Source of the DNA: Chrysomallon squamiferum
Lineage: Eukaryota > Animalia > Mollusca
DNA length: 64,000 bases
Assembly (NCBI GenBank): GCA_012295275.1
Contig: CM022669.1
Location: 3,534,001 to 3,598,000, forward strand
Reading direction: 5' to 3'
The notes under the pieces were generated by a model. The model had not been told where the DNA came from and did not search any database. It was given only the letters and a program-made list of their open reading frames with translations. How positions within the stretch are numbered: position 1 is the first letter of the stretch; every line of letters starts with the position of its first letter. Below, piece by piece: positions 27,306 to 41,096 of this stretch. The translations under genes were made by a program, and so were the position numbers.

Positions 27306-27402
27306 CACTGTATTTTCTAAATGGGATTTTTCTAGCCCATTGAATGTCATGATACCCGCCGGAGCGAGGCATCTCCTGCCGGAACCCTTCGCTCGCCGCC
27401 AT
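27306..27402 (-). CDS. NDUFA13: NDUFA13 exon 1
   Basis: MAASEGFRQEMPRSGGYHDIQWARKIPFRKYSG, similar to KQDMPPPGGY..I...R.LP. The ATG lies in a YY1-like AAGATGGCGGC context. The donor is probably GC (G|GCAAGT). Confidence 0.92.
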
Positions 27403-28377
27403 CTTTTTGGGGTAACCCTAGACTGGTTCCCAAACGCAACAACAAATAATTCTGGAAACAGTTAACGGTGACTATACAACCGGACACGTGAACAAATTCT
27501 TCATCTATGTTTCCGTCAATCTGCAGTCTAGGCTATTCGGCCGGATACGCTTTCTAATAAAATTAGAAGAAGATTTATAACAATTCCATCATAATGTGGT
27601 AATATTAATAATAGAGTTATTTCCAAATACGATTTATATCAAATGTCCATACTGATATATCAGTAATACAAACAGTCATAAAATTTCGTAAATCTTTTGA
27701 TATCTTACAGCATTATGAATTAATTAAAGATTAAAAATGGCTATTTGAAAAACTCATGTAATATTTTGAAAATATTGTCCGAAAATGAGATTAGTGAAAA
27801 ATATCTCTGTGAATGTATGAAACACATCTAATTAATAATAATAATAACTGAAAAGTAAAAATAGAAAATATTGTGAGTATTTAGAATTATTTTGTGTGTG
27901 TTATTATATTATTTTATTATTATTAATATTATTAATTATTCAGTTTTTTATATTATTATTATTGCCTATATTAATATTTTAGTTTTTTGTTGTTGTTGTT
28001 GTTGTTGTTCTTCTTCTTCTTCTTCTTCTTCTTCTTCTTTTTGTCTTCTTCTTCTTATTATTATTTTTGTTTAGTAATAAAAAAACAACTAAAAAAAACT
28101 GAAATTGTTGTTGTAATCCTTTCAAAAGTGGATGCTAATGAGAATCTCCTGTTTTTATACAATTACTAACTCTTCAAAGACTTTTCCCGATTGCTGAATA
28201 TTTTGCTTCAGAACTGGCTGGCTTGTTAACAGTGTGTTTCATCTGTATGACTGTTATGCAAATAAATCAAACATCACTGGTGAAAAGGCAAAGATTAGTC
28301 TTATGATGATAACACTGTCCCCTCCTCTCACAAATCATTTCTAGTCTGAGTAAACAGAAATATAAAGTGGCTTCTCC

Positions 28378-28418
<41 letters not shown>

Positions 28419-28420
28419 TT

Positions 28421-28454
<34 letters not shown>

Positions 28455-29238
28455 TTTTTTTCTTTGATAATACAACCTATTCTGCCTGTAAGAACTGGCT
28501 AATCTTTAACTTTTCTGTATTTGTTTTTTTCCCTTTTTATTATTATTATTATCATTATTATTATTAGCTAGTTTTATCTTTATCTTTTTATTATTTATTT
28601 ATTTATTTATTATTGTTTAGTTTTGAGTGAAATGAATTGTTGGAACAAATTAGAAGATTTTTCACATGAATATTTGATGATGTATTCATTCTAAATTCAA
28701 ATAAAATAATAAAATAATTATATAATAATAATTTACCACAAATAGACAATCAAAGGGAATAAATGAAGCCTATTTTTATTAATGAAATTACATACCTATT
28801 GTTAATGAGTGTCAGTTTATTGTGCTGGTTTACATACGAAAACTACAAACACAACCTTTTCTGTTGGTTATTTCCTACATATCTGAACTCTCATTCAAAC
28901 TAAACATGGTATGAATTTTAAATCAACAAAAATGCAGCTTGAAGTAGCTTACAGAAAATTGTACTATTTTCCACAAGCCTGGGAACATAAGAAAATCTCC
29001 ACGTTGTATCATTTGATCAATATAAAATACCCCAAGTTATTGACATTAGTTCAAGTTATTGACAGCTGGCCCAAGTGAATAGACTGATTTGAGTCTTGAG
29101 AAAATAATAATGTACGGTTGACTTTATCTGCAAGTCTGATGTTTGTTTGAACTTGGTAATAGACATGTGACCTCTGAGCGCTCTTCAGTGTTTTCATTTG
29201 AGTAATTTTCCATTCTGACCTGTCAGCCATTAACTACA

Positions 29239-29341
<103 letters not shown>

Positions 29342-31198
29342 TGATGATGATGTTGTAGTAGTAGTAGTAGTAATAGCGTTAATGATGGTGATGATAATTA
29401 AAATAATATTATCCATCCAGTAAAAATATGTATTCTTATTGTAAACATCATACAAAAGCATTCTATACTTTTTTCAATCTCTCTGTGAGTCTGTCACCAA
29501 TAACCTTTTTTTTTCCTTTACTTTAATATAATTTTATATTGCACACAGTTTGGGCTGAAGTAATTAATTAAGATTTCTTGGAATCTCTTGAGTATTTCAG
29601 TAATAAAAGAAATAATAAACCAGGGAACCACAGTCTTGCTGCCAATCTGCAGGGTGAAATTTTCAAATCATTTTAACTTAAGTGTTTCAGTTTAACATTT
29701 CATACAAAAACCTTGCCAGGTAGGCATATTAAAAACTTTTTTTCCATTTACTTTCAGGAATATAAAATTTATTATTTTTGTAGTTTGTTTTCAAAACTTG
29801 TCAGTTTGTTGTTTTTGTTGCTATTGTTGTTGTTGTTGTTGATGTTATTATTATTATGTTTAAACTGTTTGAAGTTAAAAGAAAGATATAGTGATAAAAT
29901 AATATTAAAAAATGAATGATAGTTAATCATAATCTTGTGTCTGATTTGTTCAGTATATTTATTAAAAAAATATATATATTTAAAAAATGGTTATCAGCCA
30001 GGTGTATATATCTTGGTTTATTCAAACAACTTTGTTCTTAATAAAGGCTGAGACTAAAAAATTATTAACAAAATATTTGAATATTTATTTATTTATTTAT
30101 TATTATTGTTGTTGTTGTTGTTGTTGTTGCTGTTATTATATTTTTTTTTTCATTTTTATATTCTTTCATTTTTATTATTATTATTTATTATTATTATTAT
30201 TTTTTTTTTCTTTTGTCGAGCTATTTATATTAATTTAACTTTTAATTTTAGAACTTGTCACTGGATTGATAGTTGAAGAAACATTCCTCCTTATTGCTCT
30301 CCAAGTTAAAAATATATTACCCTGTTTATAGGAATGTACATATATAAAAATTCTTACTGCTAATTTTTAGTTACTGATTCACAAAGGCAGGTTTTGTGTT
30401 ATCATGTCTCTATAAAGATAATAAAAGATCCTTGCTAATTGTTAAGAGTAACTCATGAACTACATGAGCACATTTTCTACTTCATATCATCATAGTTAAA
30501 AAAACAACTGATATTTTGTAGCTGCCAAAAATAAAATATTCCTTTATTTATTTCAGATGTTGATGTCTCTGATGAGCAGGAATTTACTCAAACAATGATG
30601 ATTACAATAAATAAATAAATAAATAAACAAATAAATAAATAAATAAATCTCTTGGATGATAATGTAATTAGTAGCAATAAATCATAATCAAAAAAAAAAA
30701 AAAAAAAAAAGTATAGAATGATATAATCAAGTATAATAAAAGAAAAGAAAACAATACAGTTAAATTTTTTGAAATGTTTTTTGTTTATTTTCTTTATCAC
30801 ATGGGTTACCCCTTTGATAGCGTTGTTTCCATTTTAAATACCATCACATGATTGCATATCACAGCTCAAAACCACCAGACAGAATTGGATTAATTTCTAA
30901 ACTGATGAGTTAATTTGAAAATTATCCTTGAGTGAGCATTTTGCAGTTTCAATGATGTAGTTCTCAAATTCATGAAAGATAGTTATTTCTTGCAATCATG
31001 TAAAACAAAAAAAAAGAATTTTAAATGTACAAATATTTATTGCATCTGTATAAAACAAAGATATTCTGAGGCACAGAATATTAACTTTATGAGTGTAATT
31101 AAATTAAATTATCTGTTTCTTATTTCAGCTTTATTTATTTTGTTTCTAAATCCTCATCCCACAAGGAAAAAAATATATTTAAATCTCCCACCCCAATA

Positions 31199-31232
<34 letters not shown>

Positions 31233-31897
31233 ATAATAAAAAAAAAAGTAATAAAAAAGCCATTAAAATACCAACAACCGGAATTAGAGTGAGACACATA
31301 AATCTAATGAAAAGAAGTAAGATAATTCTCAACACTGCTACATGAATGCTGGCAACGCCTTGCATGTATATACCTACATGCCTGCTAATTTAATATTACA
31401 TTAAACTTGTGTGGGCAATAATGTTCTGCAATTAGCCAAATGTATAGTGAATACAAATACACAAAATTTTCAACACAACATTTCTGCTGAAAAATTGCTG
31501 ATGAACTGAAAATAATAAAAGAAAAACTGATCCAAATAATTAGAAGAATTTAGCATGGTTCCCAAACACACCTCTAAGGGGCTATAATGATTTGTGTCGT
31601 GCATATTAATATACTGAAGTCTAAGGAGAGAGTCAGAACACAGGGAAAGTGTTGTCACTATCAGGTGTTCTAACAAGTGACACTACATTACATTCACCAC
31701 TGGATCTGTAACAAATTCAAATAGTGATGTGTCGGAAATCAAAAACAAGTATTTTCAAAAAGCCAAAATTTTTGTTGTTTTTTAAATGAACTCTTATTGC
31801 ATTTGTTAAATATTTTTTATGCAATTTAAGGGATTCTTAAATTTGACAATTCTGCTATTGGACTTTATGGGTTTTAAGATCTGTGGGAACCATGATA

Positions 31898-31931
<34 letters not shown>

Positions 31932-32311
31932 GTAATAATAATAGTTAAAATGATAATAAACTAAATAATTGATCCAGTTAAAAAGAGGTTGCTATCATTT
32001 TATTATGGTACCTAGTAAGTATGGCACATCAGAACTCACAATTTGCTGTGATTGTCAATAGGGTTGCCCACCTGGATATAAACTATTACGTTACTATTTC
32101 ATCTGAGACAAACCACATCTTGTAACAAGTGCGTAGAGATATTGCATATTGATAAAAGTCTCCTCTTTTGTGTGTTTGTTGTTTCTGTGTGCACTCAAAT
32201 GTCTATGTAAGTGTAGATCTTTCTGTCTGCATGTATGTGTTTGAGTGTTTATATATATTTATTCTGTGTATGTGTGTGATCATGTTTATGTATTGTATAT
32301 GTTTGTATATC

Positions 32312-32345
32312 TGTGTGTGTGTGTGTGTGTGTGTGTGTCTGTGTG

Positions 32346-32422
<77 letters not shown>
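32312..32422. repeat. (GT)n microsatellite
   Basis: Direct dinucleotide run. Confidence 0.95.
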
Positions 32423-32424
<2 letters not shown>

Positions 32425-32599
32425 AAGCACCTATAACAACTGCCGATGCAGGACAACTAAAAACCAACTACTAACACAGAAATACTTATTAGTTGTTTGT
32501 AAATTGTTTTAGATGTTTAGGAATCAGACCCTGGAAAGAATCTTTATGAGAATCGTTAACTTTGGGTTCTTTGCATTATAATTCATCATACAATATTAT

Positions 32600-33100
32600 G
32601 CTGTGTATTTCACAGTAGAACTCCATGCTGTACATTTCATAGTATAATGTCTCACTGTGTATCTCAGAGTGTAACATCAGACTGTGTATTTCAGTGTAAC
32701 GTCATACTGTGTATTTCACAGTGTAACATCAGACTGTGTATTTGAGTGTAACATCAGACTGTATTTCAGTGTAACATCAGACTGCATATTTCACAGTGTA
32801 ACATCAGACTGTGTATTTGAGTGTAACATCAGACTGTATTTGAGTGTAACATCAGACTGTATTTGAGTGTAACCTCAGACTGCATATTTCACAGTGTAAC
32901 ATCAGACTGTGTATTTCAGTGTAACATCACACTGGATATTTCACAGTGTAACATCAGACTGTGTATTTCAGTGTAACATCAGACTGTGTAGTTCAGTGTA
33001 ACATCACACTGTATTTCACAGTGTAACATCAGACTGTGTATTTCAGTGTAACATCAGACTGTGTATTCACATCACACCACTTCTTTCAGAGTTTAACATC
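32600..33100. repeat. 23-27-bp minisatellite CAGTGTAACATCAGACTGTGTATTT(CA) immediately 3' of the HCN stop
   Basis: About 16-18 tandem, highly similar units. Confidence 0.93.
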
Positions 33101-33118
33101 ATTCTTGCTGTGAACCTT

Positions 33119-34368
33119 TCATTCATCGGAATCATCGTCCTTGTAAACTTCAGTTTTGATAGTCACGGGCTGACCGCCAGCCCATTTTGGTTGTCGGGTT
33201 TCGTTTAGATCGTGAGTTGCTAAAACTGGCGATGATTTGCTTGTGTGCACAATAGTTGGTGACGGAGAATCATGTTTGCCATCAGTCATGGGTGATAAAT
33301 GCAGTTTTTGTGATAAAGCCGAACTACCTCTTGATGATATACTTTCATCTGGTTCTTTCTTTTTCTCACTATTTGATACGTCACTAGCTAAATTGGATAA
33401 TGGATGTTTTTTCACTGAATTCACAGAAGTCTTAATGTCTTGCTCTTTAATGATGGGTGATGGTTGAACTTCTGCTGATGGTGAAGGCAGTCTTTCACAA
33501 TTGTTTAATGATGATTTCATTTCAGTTTTCACACTTGCATCCTCTACTTTGAACCTGTGTCTCAATTCTCTGTTCTCTTTCGATTCTTTGCCTTCATCAA
33601 GTGGCACGGTTAAGAAGTGTTTAGAAAGTGAACTTTGATAAGATGATGGCTCCTCAAAGCTTGATGTCTTCCTTGTCTTCAGTTTCGAAGGTTTTTGGTC
33701 CTTGTGATCATAAGCTTTTGTAAACGTCTTTTCTAAGAAACTGCTACGTCTTTTCTCTCCTGATTTGTCAGAATCATCCTTTTCTTCTGGAATTTTGCTT
33801 TCACCATCACCTTCATTTATCCAGAAATCACCAACACTACCAGATCTTTTTCTATCTGGTAACCATGGCACCTTCAAACCAAACAAATTTGGACCAGACG
33901 GAACTTTGTGCAGTTTGGCTTTCTTCACTCCCACTTTACCATCCCCAAAGTCTATCAGATCTTTGTTTTGCAAACTCTCCTTTGACTTGGATCTCTTTTC
34001 CTCAGAAATTTTTTGTAGCTTCGTTGTAAAATCAAACTTAAATTTTTTCTTTGGCTTACAGCCGTCAGAACTGTCATCAGAATCACCCTCGTCATTATCA
34101 CTGGCACTGGTGGGGATGGGCGTGGATTCCATCACAATTTCGTTGACGAGTTTCTGATCCTCTTCAAGGTCTGCTCTGCTGGACACGATGCTGGGATTTT
34201 TGCCAATTTTACTGAGTCGTTCTGCTGCCACACTCTCCATTGTTCTTCTCATCAGTGGGTACCGGTCAAGGACACTGTTAAAATGCTCGACAGCCAGCGA
34301 GTACAGGTTGCAGTACGTTTCTGCTCGGACACTAGCAACTCGCCTTGCATTGGTCAGCAGACAGATCT
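33119..34368 (-). CDS. HCN: HCN (Ih) channel, last exon: end of CNBD plus long disordered C-tail
   Basis: [25 protein letters not shown]...[27 protein letters not shown] acceptor in phase 1; stop at 33119-33121. Confidence 0.96.
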
Positions 34369-34768
34369 CTATGGAAACCAAAAATATTCACATATTAGAA
34401 AAGCAGTTTTAGTATTAGCTATTATAATGGTAATTATAGTAATAGCATGCTAGTAGTAGCTGTAGGAGTGTAATAGTACTGATGTAGTATTAGTTGTTAT
34501 AGTACTGTAATAGTAATGGTGTAGTAGTAGTTGTTTTAGTAGCGTAATGGTAGTGGTGTAGAATTAGTAGTTGTAATAGTGATGTAATGGTACACATTCA
34601 CACACACACACACACTTTATTTCTCATTAGCTTTATTGTATTACAGATAAACATGGATTTGATTGTAATAATAATAATAATAAAAAGAGGTAGAAGAACA
34701 ACAACAACCACAACAACAAAATAATAATAATAATTATTATTATTATTATTATTATTATCACAACAAAC

Positions 34769-35012
34769 CTCCAAAATATGACCCATCTGATAAACTTGTG
34801 GCCACTTCCCCATCTGATGTGATGATATCGACAATTCCTTCCTGAATGAAGAACATTTTTGTCCCCATGGTTCCCTCCCTTATGACGTAGTCTCCTGGCT
34901 GGAACACCTCAAAGTGGAGCTTGCTCACCACTTCAGACACAAACGCTGGGTCAGCATGATTGAAAAATGGAACGGATGCTACCAAAGCTCGGCAGTTATG
35001 ATTTACAACCTC
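34769..35012 (-). CDS. HCN: HCN exon: C-linker end and CNBD
   Basis: [59 protein letters not shown]...LSDGSYFG. Confidence 0.96.
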
Positions 35013-35174
35013 CTGAACATTAAAAATTAAAAAATCAACAACAACAACAACAACAACAATAGTAATAAAAAATATTATTTGTAGTATAATAATAACAGCA
35101 TCAAAAACAACAACCATAACAATAATAGTAATAATAATAGTAATAATAATCATAATAGTAGTAGTAGTAGTAAT

Positions 35175-35219
<45 letters not shown>

Positions 35220-35619
35220 TATAATAATTAACCTAATAATACAGTAAAATGTACATATTAATCAATTCATGAATTAACTGTTGATTCAGTAAAACAAAAA
35301 ACAATGACAAAACATCAAATATTTATAATTTAGACTGTGCAGCACATTATTTATTGATGTAAGTCTGACAGGTTCAGAATTAACTCTGTGGTAAATTAAT
35401 GACTAACCTTTGCTATACACTAGGTGGCTGAATGTATAGTTTCTGAATATATGCCAATAATATTACATGTTTGTTTTTTTTGTATATACACTTAAATAAT
35501 TATTAATATTATATAACACGTGTATGTGTTTCTGTGTCAGAATGTATGCATCAATATGTAGGAGTATAAAAATGAAGGAATATGTTTTTGTTTTTAATGT
35601 AAGTATCTGTACATTTATA

Positions 35620-35663
<44 letters not shown>

Positions 35664-36215
35664 TTCAGTCTCTGTGTATGTATATGTATGTATTTGTATG
35701 CATGTATGGGTATATGTGTGTGTCTGTGTTTATAAGCAGTAGGTACGTTTTATGTATTTATGCACTCTAAAGATGGATGATGATATGATCTGGCCATCAG
35801 TTCAACCTCTGTCTGTATTTGTATGTATGTATGCATACATGTAATGTTTGCTTGTACGGTTGCATGTATGTGTATAAGTATGTATATGTATGTATGTGTG
35901 TATGTATGTATGTATGTATGTATGTATGTATGTATGTATGTATGTATGTATAAATGTATGTATGTATGTATTTAAGTATGTATGTATATAAGGATGAAGG
36001 TATGTATGTATGAATGTATGTATGTATGTATGTATGTATGTATGTATAAATGTATGTATGTATATATGTATGTATATAAGCATGTATGTATATAAGGATG
36101 AAGGTATGTATGTATATGCATGTGTCTATGTATATATGTATGTATGTATGTGTTTATGTATTTATATATTTATATGTTAGTTTGTTGGTGTATGTAAGTA
36201 TTTATGATATCTCAC

Positions 36216-36362
36216 ATGTCGTAGGCACTCGTTGAGTTCATTTAAAATGTTTTCCTCGTCAAACATCTTGCCCTGGTACCGATGTTCATAGTAGTCTGTG
36301 ATTCTCTGCCGTAAGTTTCTGTTTAACTTTCTGTAAATCATGTACTCCTCGACTTGCTTAAA
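36216..36362 (-). CDS. HCN: HCN exon: C-linker
   Basis: [49 protein letters not shown] ([12 protein letters not shown] is an HCN hallmark). CAG acceptor, GTGAG donor. Confidence 0.96.
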
Positions 36363-36509
36363 CTGAAATCAAACATCAGTTGTTTCCACATTATTCTCTA
36401 ATGTCATGTTATGTCATTCAAATCCAACAGCCACTACCTTACTGTGTTATACGTTTATATAAGTAAATTAAAATATAGTCAAAATCTTTTAAAATGATAA
36501 AGATCAAGT

Positions 36510-36815
36510 TAAACTTACCTTTATGTTAAAACCAATTCAAACTTGTGTCAATGTCAAAACTGAGTCAAACTTGGGTTTATGTCAAGACTAAGTCAAACTT
36601 GGGTTTATGTGTAGACTGAGTCAAACTTGAGTTTATGTCTAGATAGAGTCAAACTTCTGTTTATGTCTAGATTGAAACAAACATGAGTTTATGTCTATTT
36701 AGTCAACTTTCTATTTATGTCAAAACTAAATCAACTTTGTTTTTATGTCCTAATTTAGCCAAATTTCTATTTTTGTCCAGTCTGAGTCAAATTTCTATTT
36801 ATGTCTAGACTTGTT
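36510..36815. repeat. ~28-bp degenerate minisatellite GTCAAACTTGGGTTTATGTCTAGACTGA in HCN intron
   Basis: About 10 tandem units. Confidence 0.85.
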
Positions 36816-37380
36816 TTCATATCAGATTAATTCTCACTGCATTACATCACAACATTAATGTAATAAAAATATTGCATAAATTGACAGAACAGTAATACCA
36901 GGATGACTATAAGTAGACATTATTATACCTGAAATGATTACCAAAAAAACTGTATTAAAAATATTTTACTTAAAATTTGGCTTCAGTTTTCAGCTTAGGA
37001 TTGAAAGATTCACTATAAAAAAACCTTTATTGTATCTGAAATATTTACCATGAAAACAAAATTACAGAATATTCTACTCAGCTTTTCATCACAGTCTTCT
37101 CAAAGCAACAAATCATTTTTGTTTTAACTCAAATTCTGCATAAATTTTAATAGTAATGCAAGATTTACTGTATCAGGATTTTTCTGTATTTGAAAAGATG
37201 ACCAAAAAAACAGTAATACACTCTATTCAACTCACCTTTTTATTACACAAGCTTTATAATTCTAGCTTAAAAACTGATATCAGGGTTCCATTTTAGAATT
37301 GCAAGATTCACTGTAACAAAATTATATTATATTTGAAAATGTTACCATGAAAATAATAATATTAGAAGTATTTGATTCAC

Positions 37381-37599
37381 CTTTTCATTGTAGAGTCGTC
37401 TGGAAGTGTCGAATGACTGTATTAGTGTGGTTGTGTGGGCCAAGAAAAGTGCATAGCAAGTAGCGCCACTGAGCATGCTCAGTATAGTCAGCCACGTGTC
37501 AGACATGTTCTGTGGTGGAAAGCGGCCGTATCCAATGCATAGCATATGTGACAGAGCTTTGAAGAGTGCCCAGGTGTACTGCTGTGCCCACTGAGCATC
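37381..37599 (-). CDS. HCN: HCN exon: pore helix, CIGYG filter, S6
   Basis: [73 protein letters not shown]. Confidence 0.97.
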
Positions 37600-38912
37600 C
37601 TGCAACAGAAATCACAAATGTAGGGAAACAAGGCAAAATAAATTTGTGAATAGTTTAAAAATATTTTTTATATTCATTTTATTTTAAAGCAGGAACCACA
37701 TTAAATAGGGTTTGTGTGCTTCGGGTTTTGTTTTCTATAAGGTCTATCTTTGCCAACAATAAAGCATAAGCTATAACATATGACTATTTCAAATAAGTTT
37801 ATATTCGTATATATACACAAGTATGAAGAAGCATTTTGTATTATTTTCTTGTGTGCTTGGTTTATAAATAATTTAAATATGTCTCCATCATTATTATGAA
37901 ATCATTTTTGACAAAGCTGCCACATTTTTCAGTTTATAAGAAAATAACATTTTTTTTTTTTTTTCAAAGTATAACAAATTTTCTTAAAGGTTTATTTTAA
38001 ATTACTGTCAGTTTGATGGATAATTGTTACCATGGATTTATTTCAGAAATTATTTTAAGACAGAGAATGACACCCTGTCTTAAATTTGATGAAACTTTGT
38101 AACTATATAACATCTAATCGATGTCATCATGAATAATTTTATCAGTTCTGGGATAGTAAAGGCATGTGAATTTATAATCATTCAACAGATATTTATATAT
38201 TTAAATAATACAGATTCACAATACAAACCAATATTCCCAATTTTAAGACATTTTTTGTCTTTGATTGTCTACTCATAGCTGATTATTTTACCAGATACAA
38301 ATGATGATAAGAATTTTGCAATACTGAAGTTTGTATTCAAGATAAATAACTTTATGGTAGTTAGGTATATATGTACATTTGTTTGTATGTGTGTATACAT
38401 ACATACCTACCTACCTACCTACCTACCTACCCACCTACCTACATCCATACATATATACATACCTACCTACCTATCTACCTACCTATACCTATATATATAT
38501 ATATATATATATATTCAAATATTTGTGTCAGGGATATTGTTGTCAAGGGCAATGTTAATTTAAGACTAAACAAACTATTTAAAACTGGTTAGTGGCCTGA
38601 TAAAGCTACTAATAGAAATTAACTCACACAAACTGGTGACGTATTCTGCATCACACTGTGTATATATATATATATATAAAACTAATTTATGGTTTTGATG
38701 TTTTCACTAATTTCTGATGACGTGAACAATTATAACATAATATTGCTGTGATGATCAGGTTAAAAATGTCTACAGGGAAAACATATGACTAGTGAAAAGG
38801 GTCAAAAAGGCCATTCAGTCAAAAAGGTATAGTAAAAGATATCAAATAAATGCAACGGATTTGAGTCTTATTTATATCTTCTCAGAAGCCATACAATAAT
38901 ATTTTTATTTCA

Positions 38913-38958
<46 letters not shown>

Positions 38959-39283
38959 TAATTTAATTTTTTTATTGTTTTAGTTTTCATTTTTCTGTTA
39001 TTTGCAAAGTGGTGGACCAATACGTCATGGCCCACCAGGAAATTTCCTGGTATCCCAGTGAGTCATTCAGTACTGTAGTTATGACATGACTGAACCAAAT
39101 TTATGTCTAAATTAGTAATAATTGTGTGCAATGCCCTGTTCTGTTGGACATGAGCCTAAAGGCTTAATTACATACAGTAAAGAACTGAAATGAAACATAT
39201 TATTTTAAACATAATGCCAGATATTTTTTACATAATGCAGAGAAATGTTACATAAAATGGTTAGTTCACATTATTATCTTAAT

Positions 39284-39335
<52 letters not shown>

Positions 39336-40390
39336 GTATATGTAATGTATGTGTTTATTTATGTATGTATGTATGTCTGTATATGCAAACTGTTAACATT
39401 AATTTTCAGTTTTAACAATCAGATGAAAACATTCAGATACTGATGTTTAAAAACAGGAAAAAAGAAGAAAAAACAACAAAACAAACAAAAACAACACATC
39501 AGAAAACAATAACAAAACAAAAACAACAGCTGATGTAGATGATGATGATACTACTACTATTACTACTACTACCACTACTACTAACAATAATATAATAGAC
39601 AAATAAACAAATAATACAGGAAACAAATAAACAAAAAAACAACTTAACCATATAAAGAAATAAAGAAAGAAAATAAATAAATAAATGGAAAAAAGAAGAA
39701 GAAAACAGGAAAAACAAATGTGTAGATCAATGGAATAATGATGAGCTTTTATGCAGTTACTGCTGTGTTAGCTGACAGTGCGGACTGAAACATCAACAAT
39801 CAATACTTGATAATGTCAATTTTACTTTTTAATTTTTTTTTCCCATTCTAATCTGAATAATAGGGAGACTGCTGAATGGCAACAACCTATTAAATACACG
39901 TTTACTTTTTTGAAAATGAAAACTGCTTGAAGCACGATGCACTTGAACCATTGTGAAAGAAATCCTTTGTTTTAAGTTTTCTTTGAATTTCAAGTATGGT
40001 TGGTTCTCACAGAACTCAATGACAATCATGTTCTGTTACTCCTCTGTGAAATATTTAATATCACACACTTATTATTCCTCTGTTTTTTATTTCATTTCTT
40101 TTCTTCCTGGACAAGAAGTATTTTATTATTTAATTCTTCAAAAGCCTTTTCATAATAATAATAATGTTAATAATAATAATAATAATAATGTTAATAATAA
40201 TAATAATAATAATGATAATAATAATAATAATAATAAAATAAATAATAATAATAATAAATAAAAATAAAAATCTTCCTAGATATTGGAGAAAACTGCATTC
40301 AGGAAGATGTATACAGGCATTATTTGAATTTTGTTTTATATATACACACACATCCACATGCATAAACACATGCAGAAACACACACAATAA

Positions 40391-40421
<31 letters not shown>

Positions 40422-40946
40422 GTTGTGTCTTCTGAGTTTTTTCTTATTTTCTTATATCAAACTCATTTGTTGATTTTCAGTAGACATTTTTATTAAAATG
40501 TTTTGAAATGTCATTAGATAATCATTTACTGATTGTATATTTTCATTATACTAATAATCTCTCCAACAATTATCATTAAAAAAAAAAGTAATAATAATAA
40601 TAAAAAGATGGGGAACTTTATCATGCTTGTTCAATGCACTATGGTCAATATATTTCATATTTTCAGTCTTTTTAACATGACTTTATGGAAATATTTTACT
40701 CACTAACAAAAAACAACCAAACATCCAAAACAAATAATTAAATAAATAAATATATAATAAATAAATATATAAAAATAAATAAATAAAGAAAGAAAAACAA
40801 CAATAAAAAAACAACTACAAACAAAACACCCCCCACACAAGAAACCAAAAGAAAATCAAAAGAAAACAGAAACACTCAGACCCTCAAACTCAAAACTAAG
40901 AAGTAAAAAAAAAAAATGAAATGAAAATAAAAATAAAAGCTCTCAC

Positions 40947-41096
40947 CTGTAATTCTTCTATAGCAACCCAGCAATCCTTTGGAAATTCTTGCAGCATTGG
41001 CACAAGGAACTGAAGACAGCCATTCCAGTGACCAAGTAAGAACATGAGACAAATGAGGTTAAAAATCCGCATGAACTTGCCAGCTATTGCTAAAAA
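40947..41096 (-). CDS. HCN: HCN exon: S5
   Basis: [50 protein letters not shown]; 150 nt with TCAG acceptor and GTGAGA donor. Not in the ORF track. Confidence 0.95.

Noticed and set aside
33119-33150. HCN C-terminus VYKDDDSDE resembles a FLAG tag
   Set aside because: It is not DYKDDDDK and sits in native genomic context; coincidence.
33237-34412. Plus-strand ORFs overlapping the HCN last exon, and 9872-10192 over USE1
   Set aside because: These are antisense shadows of real coding exons.
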